Origin: Candidatus Latescibacterota bacterium | Lineage (GTDB): Bacteria > Latescibacterota > UBA2968 | DNA length: 64,000 nt | NCBI GenBank assembly: GCA_965205975.1 | Contig: OZ242195.1 | Coordinates: 416,001-480,000, forward strand | Direction of reading: 5' to 3' | Part shown: one piece after another, positions 30,557-40,523 of the stretch | How positions within the stretch are numbered: the stretch's first letter is position 1 | Layout: each line of letters starts with the position of its first letter | Translations under genes and position numbers: made by a program | Notes under the pieces: model-generated | What the model was told of the DNA's origin: nothing | The model's input: the letters and a program-made list of their open reading frames with translations, nothing else | Database searches by the model: none

Positions 30557-31360
30557 TTAATTTGCCTGCAATGGCGACCGCTCCCGGCGTACCATAATAA
30601 AAATAAATGTCAGGATACAAATTACAGTAATCACACCAGCAACGCGAACCAACCGATAAATTGCCAGCGTATATTTGCCAGTCAATGGATTGTACTGAAA
30701 GCAATAAAGCAGAATCGCATCAATCGGAGAGCTGATCTGATCTTGCGAGGCTTCCAAAAGCCCCAGTTGCAAATCCCGCGGCGCAAATTCGACCCCAAAC
30801 AGATATCGAGCGATCTTCCCATTGGGCGTCAAAATTGCAATCCCGCTGGCGTGAACGTATTCGTCTGTTTCGGGATCGTATATATAGCGATATCCAAGAG
30901 CCTGGGTTAATGCGTTGATCGATGCCCGATCTCCAGTGAGAAAATGCCATCCATTTTCTCCACCTTCTCGACCATATCCATCGACGTAATTCACCTTTTT
31001 TGCCGCTGCTAATTCTGGATATTCGTCGGGATCAATGCTAAATGTCACCACCACAAAATCTCGTCCGGCATTGAGAGAAACGGGCCGCAATCCCGACAAC
31101 AAACCATTCAAAATTTGTGTACACAACATGGGGCATTCATAATATGCGGGCACCAAAATAACGGGGTGATCATCCAAATATCGCGCCAGCATAACATCTG
31201 CCCCCGATTCATTGCGGAACTTCAAATTTACCGGCACAGATGCGCCCAATTTCTGTTCAATCCCAACGGAATCCAGCACTGTGGGATTCGGGGTAAGGTC
31301 CTGCGCCTGCACATTACTGATTAGATACATCAGCACCATATAGGCAAATAAAACGCGCAT
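30557..31360 (-). CDS. SCO family copper chaperone
   Basis: CPMLC (CxxxC) and distal H; position between act and cta genes. Confidence 0.9.
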   Translation of the reverse strand: MRVLFAYMVLMYLISNVQAQDLTPNPTVLDSVGIEQKLGASVPVNLKFRNESGADVMLARYLDDHPVILVPAYYECPMLCTQILNGLLSGLRPVSLNAGRDFVVVTFSIDPDEYPELAAAKKVNYVDGYGREGGENGWHFLTGDRASINALTQALGYRYIYDPETDEYVHASGIAILTPNGKIARYLFGVEFAPRDLQLGLLEASQDQISSPIDAILLYCFQYNPLTGKYTLAIYRLVRVAGVITVICILTFIFIMVRRERSPLQAN

Positions 31361-31363
31361 GTT

Positions 31364-31741
31364 TTACTCTCGCACCGGAAGCCCACGTTCGAGCACCAGA
31401 TCTATTGCCCGATCAATTGGAAGATGTACAACCCCGGCATCCCTATCTACCCAACCGTATTCGGTAAGCGTGCGATTGGTTTCGGCACGCACTTGTGTCA
31501 GTTCAGCAGAAGGTACAGTCTGGATCAGCGGTCCCTGATAGGGTTTTTGATGTGCAGCCATGGGCGGCGGATCATCTGTCATATAAATCACGGCTTGTTC
31601 CAGACCGAGAAACATAGCCCACATAGCGATGAAAGACAGAATGGCTATAGCTATGATTCCCGCAGTGGCAGCAAGAATAGGGCCAATGTTGAGATGATAG
31701 TCTTCATAGCCCTTTTCGCGGGCATTGTGTTTTTCTGCCAT
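31364..31741 (-). CDS. Single-TM protein, probable alternative complex III subunit G-like
   Basis: One TM helix, YGWVD...LPIDRAI motif, position after actF. Confidence 0.7.
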   Translation of the reverse strand: MAEKHNAREKGYEDYHLNIGPILAATAGIIAIAILSFIAMWAMFLGLEQAVIYMTDDPPPMAAHQKPYQGPLIQTVPSAELTQVRAETNRTLTEYGWVDRDAGVVHLPIDRAIDLVLERGLPVRE

Positions 31742-31742
31742 A

Positions 31743-32933
31743 TCAGTGACCTTCTCCGGCAAAGGTTTCTGCCATGCGCGGATCGTGCAATGGCATCAGC
31801 GGTACACCTTTTAGCTGCATCGCAAAAAATCCCAACCACAAACCGCCAATACTGACAAATGTCAGCACATCTGCGACGTAGCGATACAGTCCACTGGCAC
31901 CACCGTGCCCAAAAGCCGGTGTAATAAAATAATAAAGATCGACATAGCGCATAATCAACATAAAAATTGCGATAACCGTCATCAGTGCGGCACGGCGTTT
32001 GATCGCCCGCTGCAATAGTAAAAAGAATGGTAGAAAAAAGTGAAAAATAATCAATGCTATCCCTACATATTGCCAACCGCCATGTGATCGACGAATGTAC
32101 CAGGGCGCTTCTTCAGCCAGGTTGCCAGACCATATAATCAAAAACTGGGAAAAACTCACATATGCCCACAGACATGTAAATGCAAACATCAGGGTGCCCA
32201 GGTCGCTCAAGTACTTGAATGCGTCAACTTCCCGATAGATCTCGACATCTTTTAATTTGATCACCCACAAGATGCACAGTGCCATGGCACCCAATGCGCC
32301 ACCTATCACAAAGATCAAGCCGTAGATCGTCGAAAACCAGTGTGGTTCCAAAGACATAACCCAATCTGTTGCCGCAAATGTAACGGTCAAGATAAACATG
32401 GGAATCCCGGGGCCGCTCAGATTAATCATCCGGCTTTTTAGACCCGGTTCACCAGTTTCATCTTGCTCGCGCGACCATTTCGTTAGCAAAAACATCCAGA
32501 GCAGCCACAGGGCAAAATAAACGACCGCGCGAATATAAAATCCGGTTTCATTCAAATACGGTTTCTTAAAGGTCAAAATTGGATCTTTGGCTACGACATC
32601 TGTATGCGTCCATTCGTACAAATGGTACATACCCAGAAGTGCAATGGGAATAAACAGGACAGCCATGAGCCACAGTGTGCGCGCGCCCGACTCCAATAAT
32701 CTCCGAATGACAAATCCCCACCGCCCACTGACCAGATGGTGCAACATCAACAATCCCAGACAGCCCAGAGATATAACCAACCAATAAATATAGCTAACGA
32801 GATACGATTGGAAAAATTGCTGAGAATCGGCAAAAGCAACAATAAATAAAAGCACCACACCGCAGGCACCTGCCAGAAGGCCTCTTTGTTGCACTTTATC
32901 TACAAATGGATGGTCAAAGGATTTAGTAGCCAT
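31743..32933 (-). CDS. actF: Alternative complex III membrane subunit F
   Basis: Polytopic; DWVMSLEPHWFST, SQFLIIWSGNL. Confidence 0.9.
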   Translation of the reverse strand: MATKSFDHPFVDKVQQRGLLAGACGVVLLFIVAFADSQQFFQSYLVSYIYWLVISLGCLGLLMLHHLVSGRWGFVIRRLLESGARTLWLMAVLFIPIALLGMYHLYEWTHTDVVAKDPILTFKKPYLNETGFYIRAVVYFALWLLWMFLLTKWSREQDETGEPGLKSRMINLSGPGIPMFILTVTFAATDWVMSLEPHWFSTIYGLIFVIGGALGAMALCILWVIKLKDVEIYREVDAFKYLSDLGTLMFAFTCLWAYVSFSQFLIIWSGNLAEEAPWYIRRSHGGWQYVGIALIIFHFFLPFFLLLQRAIKRRAALMTVIAIFMLIMRYVDLYYFITPAFGHGGASGLYRYVADVLTFVSIGGLWLGFFAMQLKGVPLMPLHDPRMAETFAGEGH

Positions 32934-32939
32934 AATATC

Positions 32940-33572
32940 CTACTCGTTTTCAAGCCGCTGACGCACATCGGCAGGGACATCGTCCAGCGTGGCGTTTTGG
33001 CTCAGTTGTAACGCCTGAACATAGGCTATAATAGCCCATCGATCGCGCGGTTTGATGCGCGATGCATAGCTATACATTGCGCCAAAACCATTGGTCATTA
33101 CATCAAAAAAGTAACCTGGTGTCTCATTTTGCAATCGTTCAATATGGTACGAAGGGGGTTGCTTCATGCCTCGGCGCACCACCATCCCGCGCCCATCACC
33201 TTCATACCCATGGCAGGGGGAGCAGTAAATATTGTAGCGTTCTCTGCCGCGGAGAATCACATCGCGCGTAATGGGAAAGGGAAAAGTCTCCGCCGGTTTA
33301 CCATCTACTATCCCGGTATATAAATGCGCGTCTATACGCAAATGCCCGCGTGCAACTGTGCCTTTTATCCATGGTCGAGAGGACCGGTTATCTGAAAAAA
33401 AAGAATTTTTTTCCAACGGTTCAAATCTCGACTGGTTGTACATTTCTTGCCGCAAACGCTCGATATCTGTCGTGCCCTCACACCCTATTGCCATAAAGAA
33501 TGCGAGCACCACAAGCCATCTCACGGGATGGGCAATCTTTACCCAATTAGCTAATTTACGGTTCGACATCAT
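32940..33572 (-). CDS. actE: Alternative complex III monoheme cytochrome c lipoprotein subunit E
   Basis: Lipobox AIGC, CSPCH, DRWAIIAYV. Confidence 0.9.
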   Translation of the reverse strand: MMSNRKLANWVKIAHPVRWLVVLAFFMAIGCEGTTDIERLRQEMYNQSRFEPLEKNSFFSDNRSSRPWIKGTVARGHLRIDAHLYTGIVDGKPAETFPFPITRDVILRGRERYNIYCSPCHGYEGDGRGMVVRRGMKQPPSYHIERLQNETPGYFFDVMTNGFGAMYSYASRIKPRDRWAIIAYVQALQLSQNATLDDVPADVRQRLENE

Positions 33573-34089
33573 CTACCTTTTTTGCTTTCAGGCTTTCGAG
33601 AAATGCACGGGTTTCGGTAATATCAAATTTGGGATCTTCGGCTTCGATACACAAAAAGAACCCATCACCAGAGGCGCGTTCAAAATTGGGAACATTGAAA
33701 ACTGGGTGATAGGGACGGGGCAAACCATTGAGGATGAGCATGCCTATCAATGCACCGAAAGCGGAAAATAGCACGCCGAGTTCAAATGTTACGGGAATAA
33801 AAGAGGGCCAGCTCAAAAGGGGCCGACCACCCACATTGAGCGGATAGTCGATTACAGATACCCAGTACTGAAGCCCAAAGCCTGAACAGGCACCGAGAAG
33901 CGCACATATCAATACAATGATGGGCACGCGGTGCTTGTCATAACCCATTGATTCCGACAAATCGTGTATCGGCATTGGAGAATAAGCGTCCATCTTGCGA
34001 TACCCTTCTGCATATGCATCTTTTGCAGCTTTGAGCAATTCGTCGGGACCATCAAATTCGGCCAAAAGACCGTATAAATTTTCAGCCAT
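33556..34089 (-). CDS. actD: Alternative complex III subunit D (DUF3341)
   Basis: DAYSPMPIH, FIPVTFELGVL. Confidence 0.9.
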   Translation of the reverse strand: MAENLYGLLAEFDGPDELLKAAKDAYAEGYRKMDAYSPMPIHDLSESMGYDKHRVPIIVLICALLGACSGFGLQYWVSVIDYPLNVGGRPLLSWPSFIPVTFELGVLFSAFGALIGMLILNGLPRPYHPVFNVPNFERASGDGFFLCIEAEDPKFDITETRAFLESLKAKKVDDVEP

Positions 34090-34101
34090 AATCACACCCG
34101 T

Positions 34102-35496
34102 TTAATCATCGGCAGAAGCCGTTTCCGCATGTTCGTTTTTATTTGCCACCAACTGGCGGATTTCAAAAATGTTAATGACGGGCATCACCCGAATAAACAG
34201 GATCATCATAAAGAGGAAAAATCCAATTGTGCCTGCGTACAATCCCCAGTCCCACGGCGTCGAGTGATACATATCCCAGGACGAAGGCATAAAGTCGCGG
34301 TGGAGGCTTGTCACCACAATGATAAATCGCTCGAGCCACATTCCCACATTGATGAACATCGAAATGATGAACAGCCCCAATGGACTCAGGCGCACCTTTT
34401 TAATCCACAATAATTGGGGAATGGCCACATTGCACAAGATCAATGACCAGTAAGTACCGGAATAAGGACCAAATGTGCGATTTTTCATCATATAGCCTTC
34501 ATAGGGGCTGGCACTATACCAGGCAAAAAACTGCTCCATCGCATAGCCATAAGCCACAATGAGTCCGGTGGCGAGCATCACCTTGCCCATATTGTTCAGG
34601 TGGCGATCGGTGATATAATCGTGCAATCCGTAAAAGTAGCGAATGGGTAGCCCCAGCGTCAGCACCATTGCAAAACCGGCATATACAGCACCCGCCACAA
34701 AATAGGGTGGAAAGATGGTTGCATGCCAGCCGGGAATCAGGCCTACGGAAAAGTCCAAGCTCACGATGGAGTGTACGGACAGCACCAGCGGCGTCGATAC
34801 ACCCGCTAAGAGAAGCGCGGCCATTTCATAGTTAAACCAGTGCTTGGCGGATCCGCGCCATCCCATTGATAACACGCCGTATATGATCTGTGAAATTTTG
34901 TGTTTGGCTTTGTCGCGCAGGGTGGCAAAATCGGGGATCAGGCCCAGATACCAGAAGATCAGGGATACTGTAAAGTAGGTGCCAACGGCAAATACATCCC
35001 ATATCAGCGGACTGCGGAACTGCGGCCACACAGACATTGTATTGGGATAGGGCAACAGCCAGTAAGCCGCTACCCAGGGCCGCCCCGTGTGCAACAGTGG
35101 AAACATACCAGCGCACATGACGGCAAAAATGGTCATGGCTTCGGCAAATCGGTTGATCGAATTGCGCCATTGCTGACGCATGAGCAACAAAATAGCCGAA
35201 ATCAATGTGCCTGCATGCCCAATTCCAATCCACCAGACAAAGTTGATAATTGCCCAGCCCCAGCCAACGGGGATATTTAAGCCCCAGATACCGGTCCCTT
35301 TGATTAGCAGCCAGGTCGCAGACAACATCAACAACTGCAGGATACCACCCGCAATCAACAGTGCTGCAATCCACCCCAAAGGCGTGCGATTGGTGATAAT
35401 TGCACTGAGTCTTTGCGTCACCGTTGTATAGGTCTGCCCCGGACCGAGCACCGGCGCCGGCATCGTCGGATCATTTAGAGGTGCAGGACTACCCAT
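34102..35496 (-). CDS. actC: Alternative complex III quinol-binding subunit C (NrfD/PsrC family)
   Basis: FVWWIGIGHAGTLISA, NRFAEAMT, WDVFAV, VHSIVS. Confidence 0.95.
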   Translation of the reverse strand: MGSPAPLNDPTMPAPVLGPGQTYTTVTQRLSAIITNRTPLGWIAALLIAGGILQLLMLSATWLLIKGTGIWGLNIPVGWGWAIINFVWWIGIGHAGTLISAILLLMRQQWRNSINRFAEAMTIFAVMCAGMFPLLHTGRPWVAAYWLLPYPNTMSVWPQFRSPLIWDVFAVGTYFTVSLIFWYLGLIPDFATLRDKAKHKISQIIYGVLSMGWRGSAKHWFNYEMAALLLAGVSTPLVLSVHSIVSLDFSVGLIPGWHATIFPPYFVAGAVYAGFAMVLTLGLPIRYFYGLHDYITDRHLNNMGKVMLATGLIVAYGYAMEQFFAWYSASPYEGYMMKNRTFGPYSGTYWSLILCNVAIPQLLWIKKVRLSPLGLFIISMFINVGMWLERFIIVVTSLHRDFMPSSWDMYHSTPWDWGLYAGTIGFFLFMMILFIRVMPVINIFEIRQLVANKNEHAETASADD

Positions 35497-38494
35497 GCTG
35501 TGAAATCTCCGGATTGGGATTGGTTAGCCGCGCGAGATACGTGGTGCGCGGTTTGGTATTTAATTCTGTCAAAATGCCGTAATTTCTCTGTTGGGCTTTG
35601 AGCTTGGCCACGCGGCTATTGGGGTCTTTGATATCGCCAAATACAATGGCATCTGTAGGACACGCACCCTGACAGGCGGTTGTAATATCGCCATCTTTCA
35701 ATTCGCGATCCTCGACCCTGGACTCAATGCGCGCAGCACTGATGCGCTGAACACAATAGGTACATTTTTCCATCACGCCGCGACCGCGCACTGTTACATT
35801 GGGATTGCGCTGCAATTTGAAACTCGGTGTTTCTTCATCGGCATAATGGAGGAAATTGAAGCGCCGCACCTTATAGGGACAGTTATTTGAACAATACCTC
35901 GTTCCCACACAGCGGTTATAAGCCATATCGTTCAAACCCTCGGCACTGTGTACGGTCGCGCCAACGGGGCAAACCAGTTCGCAGGGTGCATTCTCGCACT
36001 GCATACAGGGTACGGGCTGGTTATAAAGTTCGGGGTTGTCCAGATCGCCTTTGTAGTAGCGGTCAATGCGAATCCAGTGCATTTCGCGTCCGTTGAGCAC
36101 CTCATCTTTGCCCACTACCGGGATATTATTTTCCGACTGACAGGCGACTGTGCAGGCATTGCAACCATTGCACGAATTCAGATCAATTGCCATGCCCCAG
36201 GCTTTGCCATCGTTGTCGTGAATGCCATCGAAAAAGTTTGCATCGGGACTGGGATCGTGTCCCATTTCGTGTATAAAATGAGGATGTTTTTCGTATTCAT
36301 CGACTGTGCCAGATCGCACCAGCGCACGGCCTTCCATGCTGTGGTGATCCTGCGTGCAGGCCAGGGGATACGTCTGTCCCGTTTTTGTGATTGACGCGTT
36401 CGATGCAACCCATGGAGAATCAGATGTCTGAAGAGCATAAGCATTAAAGCCAACGCCATTACCCACTCGTCCGGCGGCCGTGCGTCCAAAACCGAGATGT
36501 ACAGTGACGGCATTTGCAGGATGCCCGGGTGCGATCCAAACAGGTGCTTCCACAGAGCGATCATTTGCACTCAACGCGACCACGTCGCCATTTTGAAGCC
36601 CCATTACCTCGGCAGTTGCCGGCGCGATCAAAGCCGCATTATCCCAGGTGAGGCGCGTATGGGGTTTGGGCAATTCTTGCAACCAGCCATTGTTGGCATA
36701 TCGTCCATCGCCAATTGTGGGATCCAGGCGGAAGTTCACTTCGAGACCCTCATTCACCTGCGATGGCATGCCGTAATTTTCGGTCAAGCTAACAGAACGC
36801 TCGGGCAAAGTTGTATCGGGTACCAACCCGTCGTGTAAATAAGTTTGCCAGGCCGTTTCAAAATCGCTGTCTTTGTATTGCTCTTGCCAATATTCTTTGA
36901 CCCGGTCGTAATCCGCGCGTCCATCCCCCAGCATCATAGCTACCAGTTCCGCGGCGGACTTGCCACCGTAGAGTGGCTCAATCAACGGCTGGACGATAGA
37001 AACGGTGCCGTCAAAGGCGCGTGTATCGCCCCAGGCTTCTAATGCGTGTGCTTCGGGCAGATGCCAGTGAGACAATTGCGCGGTTTCATTTTGGGACTGG
37101 CCCAGATGGATACGCGTTGTCACCTTCTGGTAAGCGGCGGCAAAGTTGATATCTGCCGGGGAATTATAGACGGGATTGCCACTCAGAACTACCAGCAGTG
37201 AAACTCTGCCTTCTGACATATCAACGGTTAAATCTTTGAGGGAAGCGTATTGATTGGTCGGTTCGGCTTCTACTGGATCTGTGTACGTCACGGTTTTACC
37301 CGCATTGCCCAACGCACTGTTTATGGCGTGTGCGAGGGCGTGAACAGCAGGTGGTTGATGATCGCCTGCAATCACCAGCGATGCGCCCTGATGTGCCGTC
37401 AAATCTTTGACCAGTGCATTGAGCCAGGTATCGTGTCCGGCACTATTGCCACCTGTCGTGTTTATCCCCAATGCAACAGCCACTGCCCGCGCAAATCCCT
37501 CGACTTGACTGGCTTTCAGTGGCAGGCGATGATCGGCAAAAGATCCCGTGTTGGATGGGGTGGATTCAACGACATAGATTCGATTCATATCGGCCTTTTG
37601 GCCGTCGATAACCTTGCGACCGAGGGCAACGTGGCGAGCGTGTCGAACACTTGCCGCACCGCTTTCCATAAAATCGGCGTCCAAAGACAAGATGCGTTTG
37701 GCACCTTCGAAATGATACTGCGTTTCGACCACCTCACCAAAAGCCATTCTGGCACCTTCGCGCACGTTGTCGCGTGTACCAGGCTCAAATTGATGCCATC
37801 TTGCATTGGGATATTTTTCTAATAGTGCGCGGATCTGGCTGATCAAAACCGGAGAAGTCACCGTTTCTGTCAACAGGCGCAATCCTTCACCCTGGTCTAA
37901 ATCGAATTTTGCCACTTCGGTTGCAAGAGTCGCAGAAAATCTCGTCCACGTACTCGAACGCCCGTTTGACACGGGTACCTGCGTGCGGTCCGGATCATAG
38001 AGGTCGAGTATTTGAGCCTGTGTAATTGCATCTGTGGGACCAAAAGTCGCATTGCCCGATCGGGGGGTTGCTGGATGTGAGGGATTGCCCTCTATTTTGG
38101 TCGGGCGCCCCGCATGGCTTTCTACCAATACGCCCCGGGCGAATCCGCCTTGAGAGAGAGCTGAGGCAAAGAATAGGGGTTTGCCGGGAATGATCTGCTC
38201 GGGAGCGCGCACATAGGGGACAATTTTTTCTGGCGGCTGGCGAGTACACGATGTCAAACCGGCAAATGCCAGAGACGCACCCATTACCTGTAGAAATTTG
38301 CGGCGACCGACTTTGTCGTCCCATTCGGAGGCCCCTTCGGGAAATTCGCGGTGCAAATAGTTGCGAAATTCTTCCGTATCGGCCAATTCATTCAGGCTGC
38401 GCCAATAATCCTGTCCCTCGCGCGTAGCCAAGCGTTCTCGAATCGCAGAGAGATCCAAACCGTCTTTATGTGCTGTGCGTGTCATCGATGACAT
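35489..38494 (-). CDS. actB: Alternative complex III subunit B (molybdopterin-oxidoreductase-like plus Fe-S domains)
   Basis: YWRSL...EFP, twin-arginine RRKFL signal with lipobox LTSC; C-terminal CNGCNAC, CMQCENAPC, CVGTRYCSNNCPY, CTYC. Start may be 38485, 38494 or 38503. Confidence 0.95.
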   Translation of the reverse strand: MSSMTRTAHKDGLDLSAIRERLATREGQDYWRSLNELADTEEFRNYLHREFPEGASEWDDKVGRRKFLQVMGASLAFAGLTSCTRQPPEKIVPYVRAPEQIIPGKPLFFASALSQGGFARGVLVESHAGRPTKIEGNPSHPATPRSGNATFGPTDAITQAQILDLYDPDRTQVPVSNGRSSTWTRFSATLATEVAKFDLDQGEGLRLLTETVTSPVLISQIRALLEKYPNARWHQFEPGTRDNVREGARMAFGEVVETQYHFEGAKRILSLDADFMESGAASVRHARHVALGRKVIDGQKADMNRIYVVESTPSNTGSFADHRLPLKASQVEGFARAVAVALGINTTGGNSAGHDTWLNALVKDLTAHQGASLVIAGDHQPPAVHALAHAINSALGNAGKTVTYTDPVEAEPTNQYASLKDLTVDMSEGRVSLLVVLSGNPVYNSPADINFAAAYQKVTTRIHLGQSQNETAQLSHWHLPEAHALEAWGDTRAFDGTVSIVQPLIEPLYGGKSAAELVAMMLGDGRADYDRVKEYWQEQYKDSDFETAWQTYLHDGLVPDTTLPERSVSLTENYGMPSQVNEGLEVNFRLDPTIGDGRYANNGWLQELPKPHTRLTWDNAALIAPATAEVMGLQNGDVVALSANDRSVEAPVWIAPGHPANAVTVHLGFGRTAAGRVGNGVGFNAYALQTSDSPWVASNASITKTGQTYPLACTQDHHSMEGRALVRSGTVDEYEKHPHFIHEMGHDPSPDANFFDGIHDNDGKAWGMAIDLNSCNGCNACTVACQSENNIPVVGKDEVLNGREMHWIRIDRYYKGDLDNPELYNQPVPCMQCENAPCELVCPVGATVHSAEGLNDMAYNRCVGTRYCSNNCPYKVRRFNFLHYADEETPSFKLQRNPNVTVRGRGVMEKCTYCVQRISAARIESRVEDRELKDGDITTACQGACPTDAIVFGDIKDPNSRVAKLKAQQRNYGILTELNTKPRTTYLARLTNPNPEISQHG

Positions 38495-39150
38495 GTCGAG
38501 CAATCCGTGGAAGGGTTAATATCGTAATCTTGAACCAGTTGTGCGCCCAGCAAGGCTTGAGAGACCGCATGGCCGCGTTCATCCATTGGTGTCCAGGCCA
38601 TATTGAAAACTTCTTCGCGGGGACGCACATATCTCTCGGGTTCCCGGTGACATTCCAGACACCATTCCATATTGAGGGTGTTCACTTTCCACATCAAAGG
38701 CATTTGATCGACCTGCCCGTGACATGTTTGACATCCGATGCCTTTGTGGACGTGAATGCTGTGATTGAAATAGACAAAATCGGGGAGATCGTGTATGCGA
38801 ACCCACTCTATGGGATTACCCGTGCGATAACTTTCGCGGATGGGTTCGAGAAGGGGGCTTTCTGTCCAAATCTGAGAATGGCAAGTCATGCAGGTTTCAA
38901 CAGGAGGGATATTGGCGAAAGAAGATTCTTCAACAGAGGTGTGACAATAGCGACAATCGAGGCCCACGCCGGTCACGTGGTGTTTGTGACTAAAGGGAAC
39001 CGGCTGTTTTCTTGCGACCTGGACATCGGTTGTATAGTGCAATCGGTTGGTGTTGAGTAGAATGGTGAGGCCCGTTCCAACAACAACCAGAACCACGACA
39101 ATACTGATTCTGGCAAACGCGTTACTGCCACGCGGAAAAAGCTGCGCCAT
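38482..39150 (-). CDS. actA: Alternative complex III pentaheme cytochrome c subunit A
   Basis: N-terminal TM; five CxxCH motifs (CRYCH, CMTCH, CQTCH, CLECH, CSTCH). Confidence 0.95.
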   Translation of the reverse strand: MAQLFPRGSNAFARISIVVVLVVVGTGLTILLNTNRLHYTTDVQVARKQPVPFSHKHHVTGVGLDCRYCHTSVEESSFANIPPVETCMTCHSQIWTESPLLEPIRESYRTGNPIEWVRIHDLPDFVYFNHSIHVHKGIGCQTCHGQVDQMPLMWKVNTLNMEWCLECHREPERYVRPREEVFNMAWTPMDERGHAVSQALLGAQLVQDYDINPSTDCSTCHR

Positions 39151-39211
39151 TTATGAATCCTGTGAAGTGAGATGGGACAAAATGAGATCAGATCGAGCCT
39201 ACGAAGGGCTT

Positions 39212-39240
39212 AATATACACGAATCTACATGCGAGTCAAG
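39212..39240 (-). promoter_or_regulatory. Putative sigma70 promoter of the act-cta operon
   Basis: Minus strand TTGACT-16 nt-TATATT about 60 nt upstream of actA. Confidence 0.55.
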
Positions 39241-39307
39241 CAATAAGTTTTGCTCATATAAACTGTACATTATTATCTACTTTGTTTGGCATACAAAACA
39301 CAACTTT

Positions 39308-40429
39308 TTAATTTTGAGTATCTACTGGATGTTGTTCTGTATTACACCAATTACCGGGCAGTTCGGCAATGTACTGGTAATTGGGTTCGCGCGCCTGTCT
39401 ATCCAAAATCTCGGCAATTTGTTTCCACGTTTCGCGCAAGCCGCGAGGGCAGTGAGGCATCTCGTGTTTGATTAGCCTGTGTAGCCGACCGAGTTTGTAG
39501 CATGGAACCGCAGCGTACATGTGGTGCTCGGTGTGGTAGTTCATATGCCAGTAGAGAAATTGGAGTAGGGGATTGAGATATATTGTGCGGCAGCAGAGAC
39601 GAAAATCCGGCACTTTGTCTTGCAGACCAACATGTTGTGAGGAGTTGCAGAGGAAGTGCAACCACGATCCGAACATTTTGGGGAATGTGATGACCAGCGG
39701 AACAATCCAGTACCCATATGCCAAAGATATACCCGCGATCAAGAGGTGACCGATGAGCAAGATGCGCTCCCATCTGGTGTAGGCGCGACACCGCTCTGGA
39801 TCGCTTTCGGGAAAGAGTATTCCAATCCAGGAATTTTCCCTGTTGATATAGCCGGTAAAGTTTCGAAACCTCTCTTTGAGCAGTGTATAGGGATACTTGT
39901 GGTTTACAATGGCTCGTTTCCACAGACCTTTGAGGTCGATTTTTTGAGGGAGTACGACTTCTTGATCGTCAGGTGCATGCAGGGCGTATTTGTGGTGCTC
40001 GGTATGGCTGGCCCAGAATAGATGGTGGTTGTGCCAGCCGAGAAAGGATAAAATGCGGAGGAAGAAGCGATTGAGCCATCGGGCCTTGAAGACCGAATCG
40101 TGTACCAGTTCGTGAAAGCCGTTGACCAGAAAATGCCAGAAGTGCCCGTTGATAAAGACCAGTAGCGCAGTGATATACCAGGGCCAGTGGCGCGATGAGT
40201 AAATAGCTGCTCCCGCAGCAACAGTTAGCACGCCCAGAAAACCGAGGGTCTGAGCAAAGCCGAGGAAATCACTTCGCTTGTTGAGTTCGCGCAATGTCTC
40301 GCGGGTGATGCGGCAGCGATACCATTTGATGCGCGTCTTTCTGGGCGGTTTATTGTATTTTGGGCCTTCTGTGAACACGTCTCGATCAGAGAGCGCGTTC
40401 TGGTCGGCATTTTTAGTTTGTGTGTTCAT
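39308..40429 (-). CDS. Membrane fatty-acid-desaturase-superfamily di-iron enzyme (MocD-like)
   Basis: His boxes HELVH, HTEHH, QH and YWHMNYHTEHHM. Confidence 0.85.
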   Translation of the reverse strand: MNTQTKNADQNALSDRDVFTEGPKYNKPPRKTRIKWYRCRITRETLRELNKRSDFLGFAQTLGFLGVLTVAAGAAIYSSRHWPWYITALLVFINGHFWHFLVNGFHELVHDSVFKARWLNRFFLRILSFLGWHNHHLFWASHTEHHKYALHAPDDQEVVLPQKIDLKGLWKRAIVNHKYPYTLLKERFRNFTGYINRENSWIGILFPESDPERCRAYTRWERILLIGHLLIAGISLAYGYWIVPLVITFPKMFGSWLHFLCNSSQHVGLQDKVPDFRLCCRTIYLNPLLQFLYWHMNYHTEHHMYAAVPCYKLGRLHRLIKHEMPHCPRGLRETWKQIAEILDRQAREPNYQYIAELPGNWCNTEQHPVDTQN

Positions 40430-40467
40430 GTCAGTGATTCGCCATGCAAAGTTTAAAATCAGCGACC

Positions 40468-40496
40468 AAGATACGCGAATCTACCCGTGCGTCAAG
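40468..40496 (-). promoter_or_regulatory. Putative sigma70 promoter of the desaturase-like gene
   Basis: Minus strand TTGACG-16 nt-TATCTT; 23/29 identical to the actA promoter. Confidence 0.55.
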
Positions 40497-40523
40497 TGGG
40501 TTCGCATTACCTCTCTGCGCTTG

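Noticed and set aside
35489..38494. Molybdoenzyme such as nitrate or polysulfide reductase
   Set aside because: Context and fused Fe-S domain identify ActB, which is known not to bind molybdopterin.
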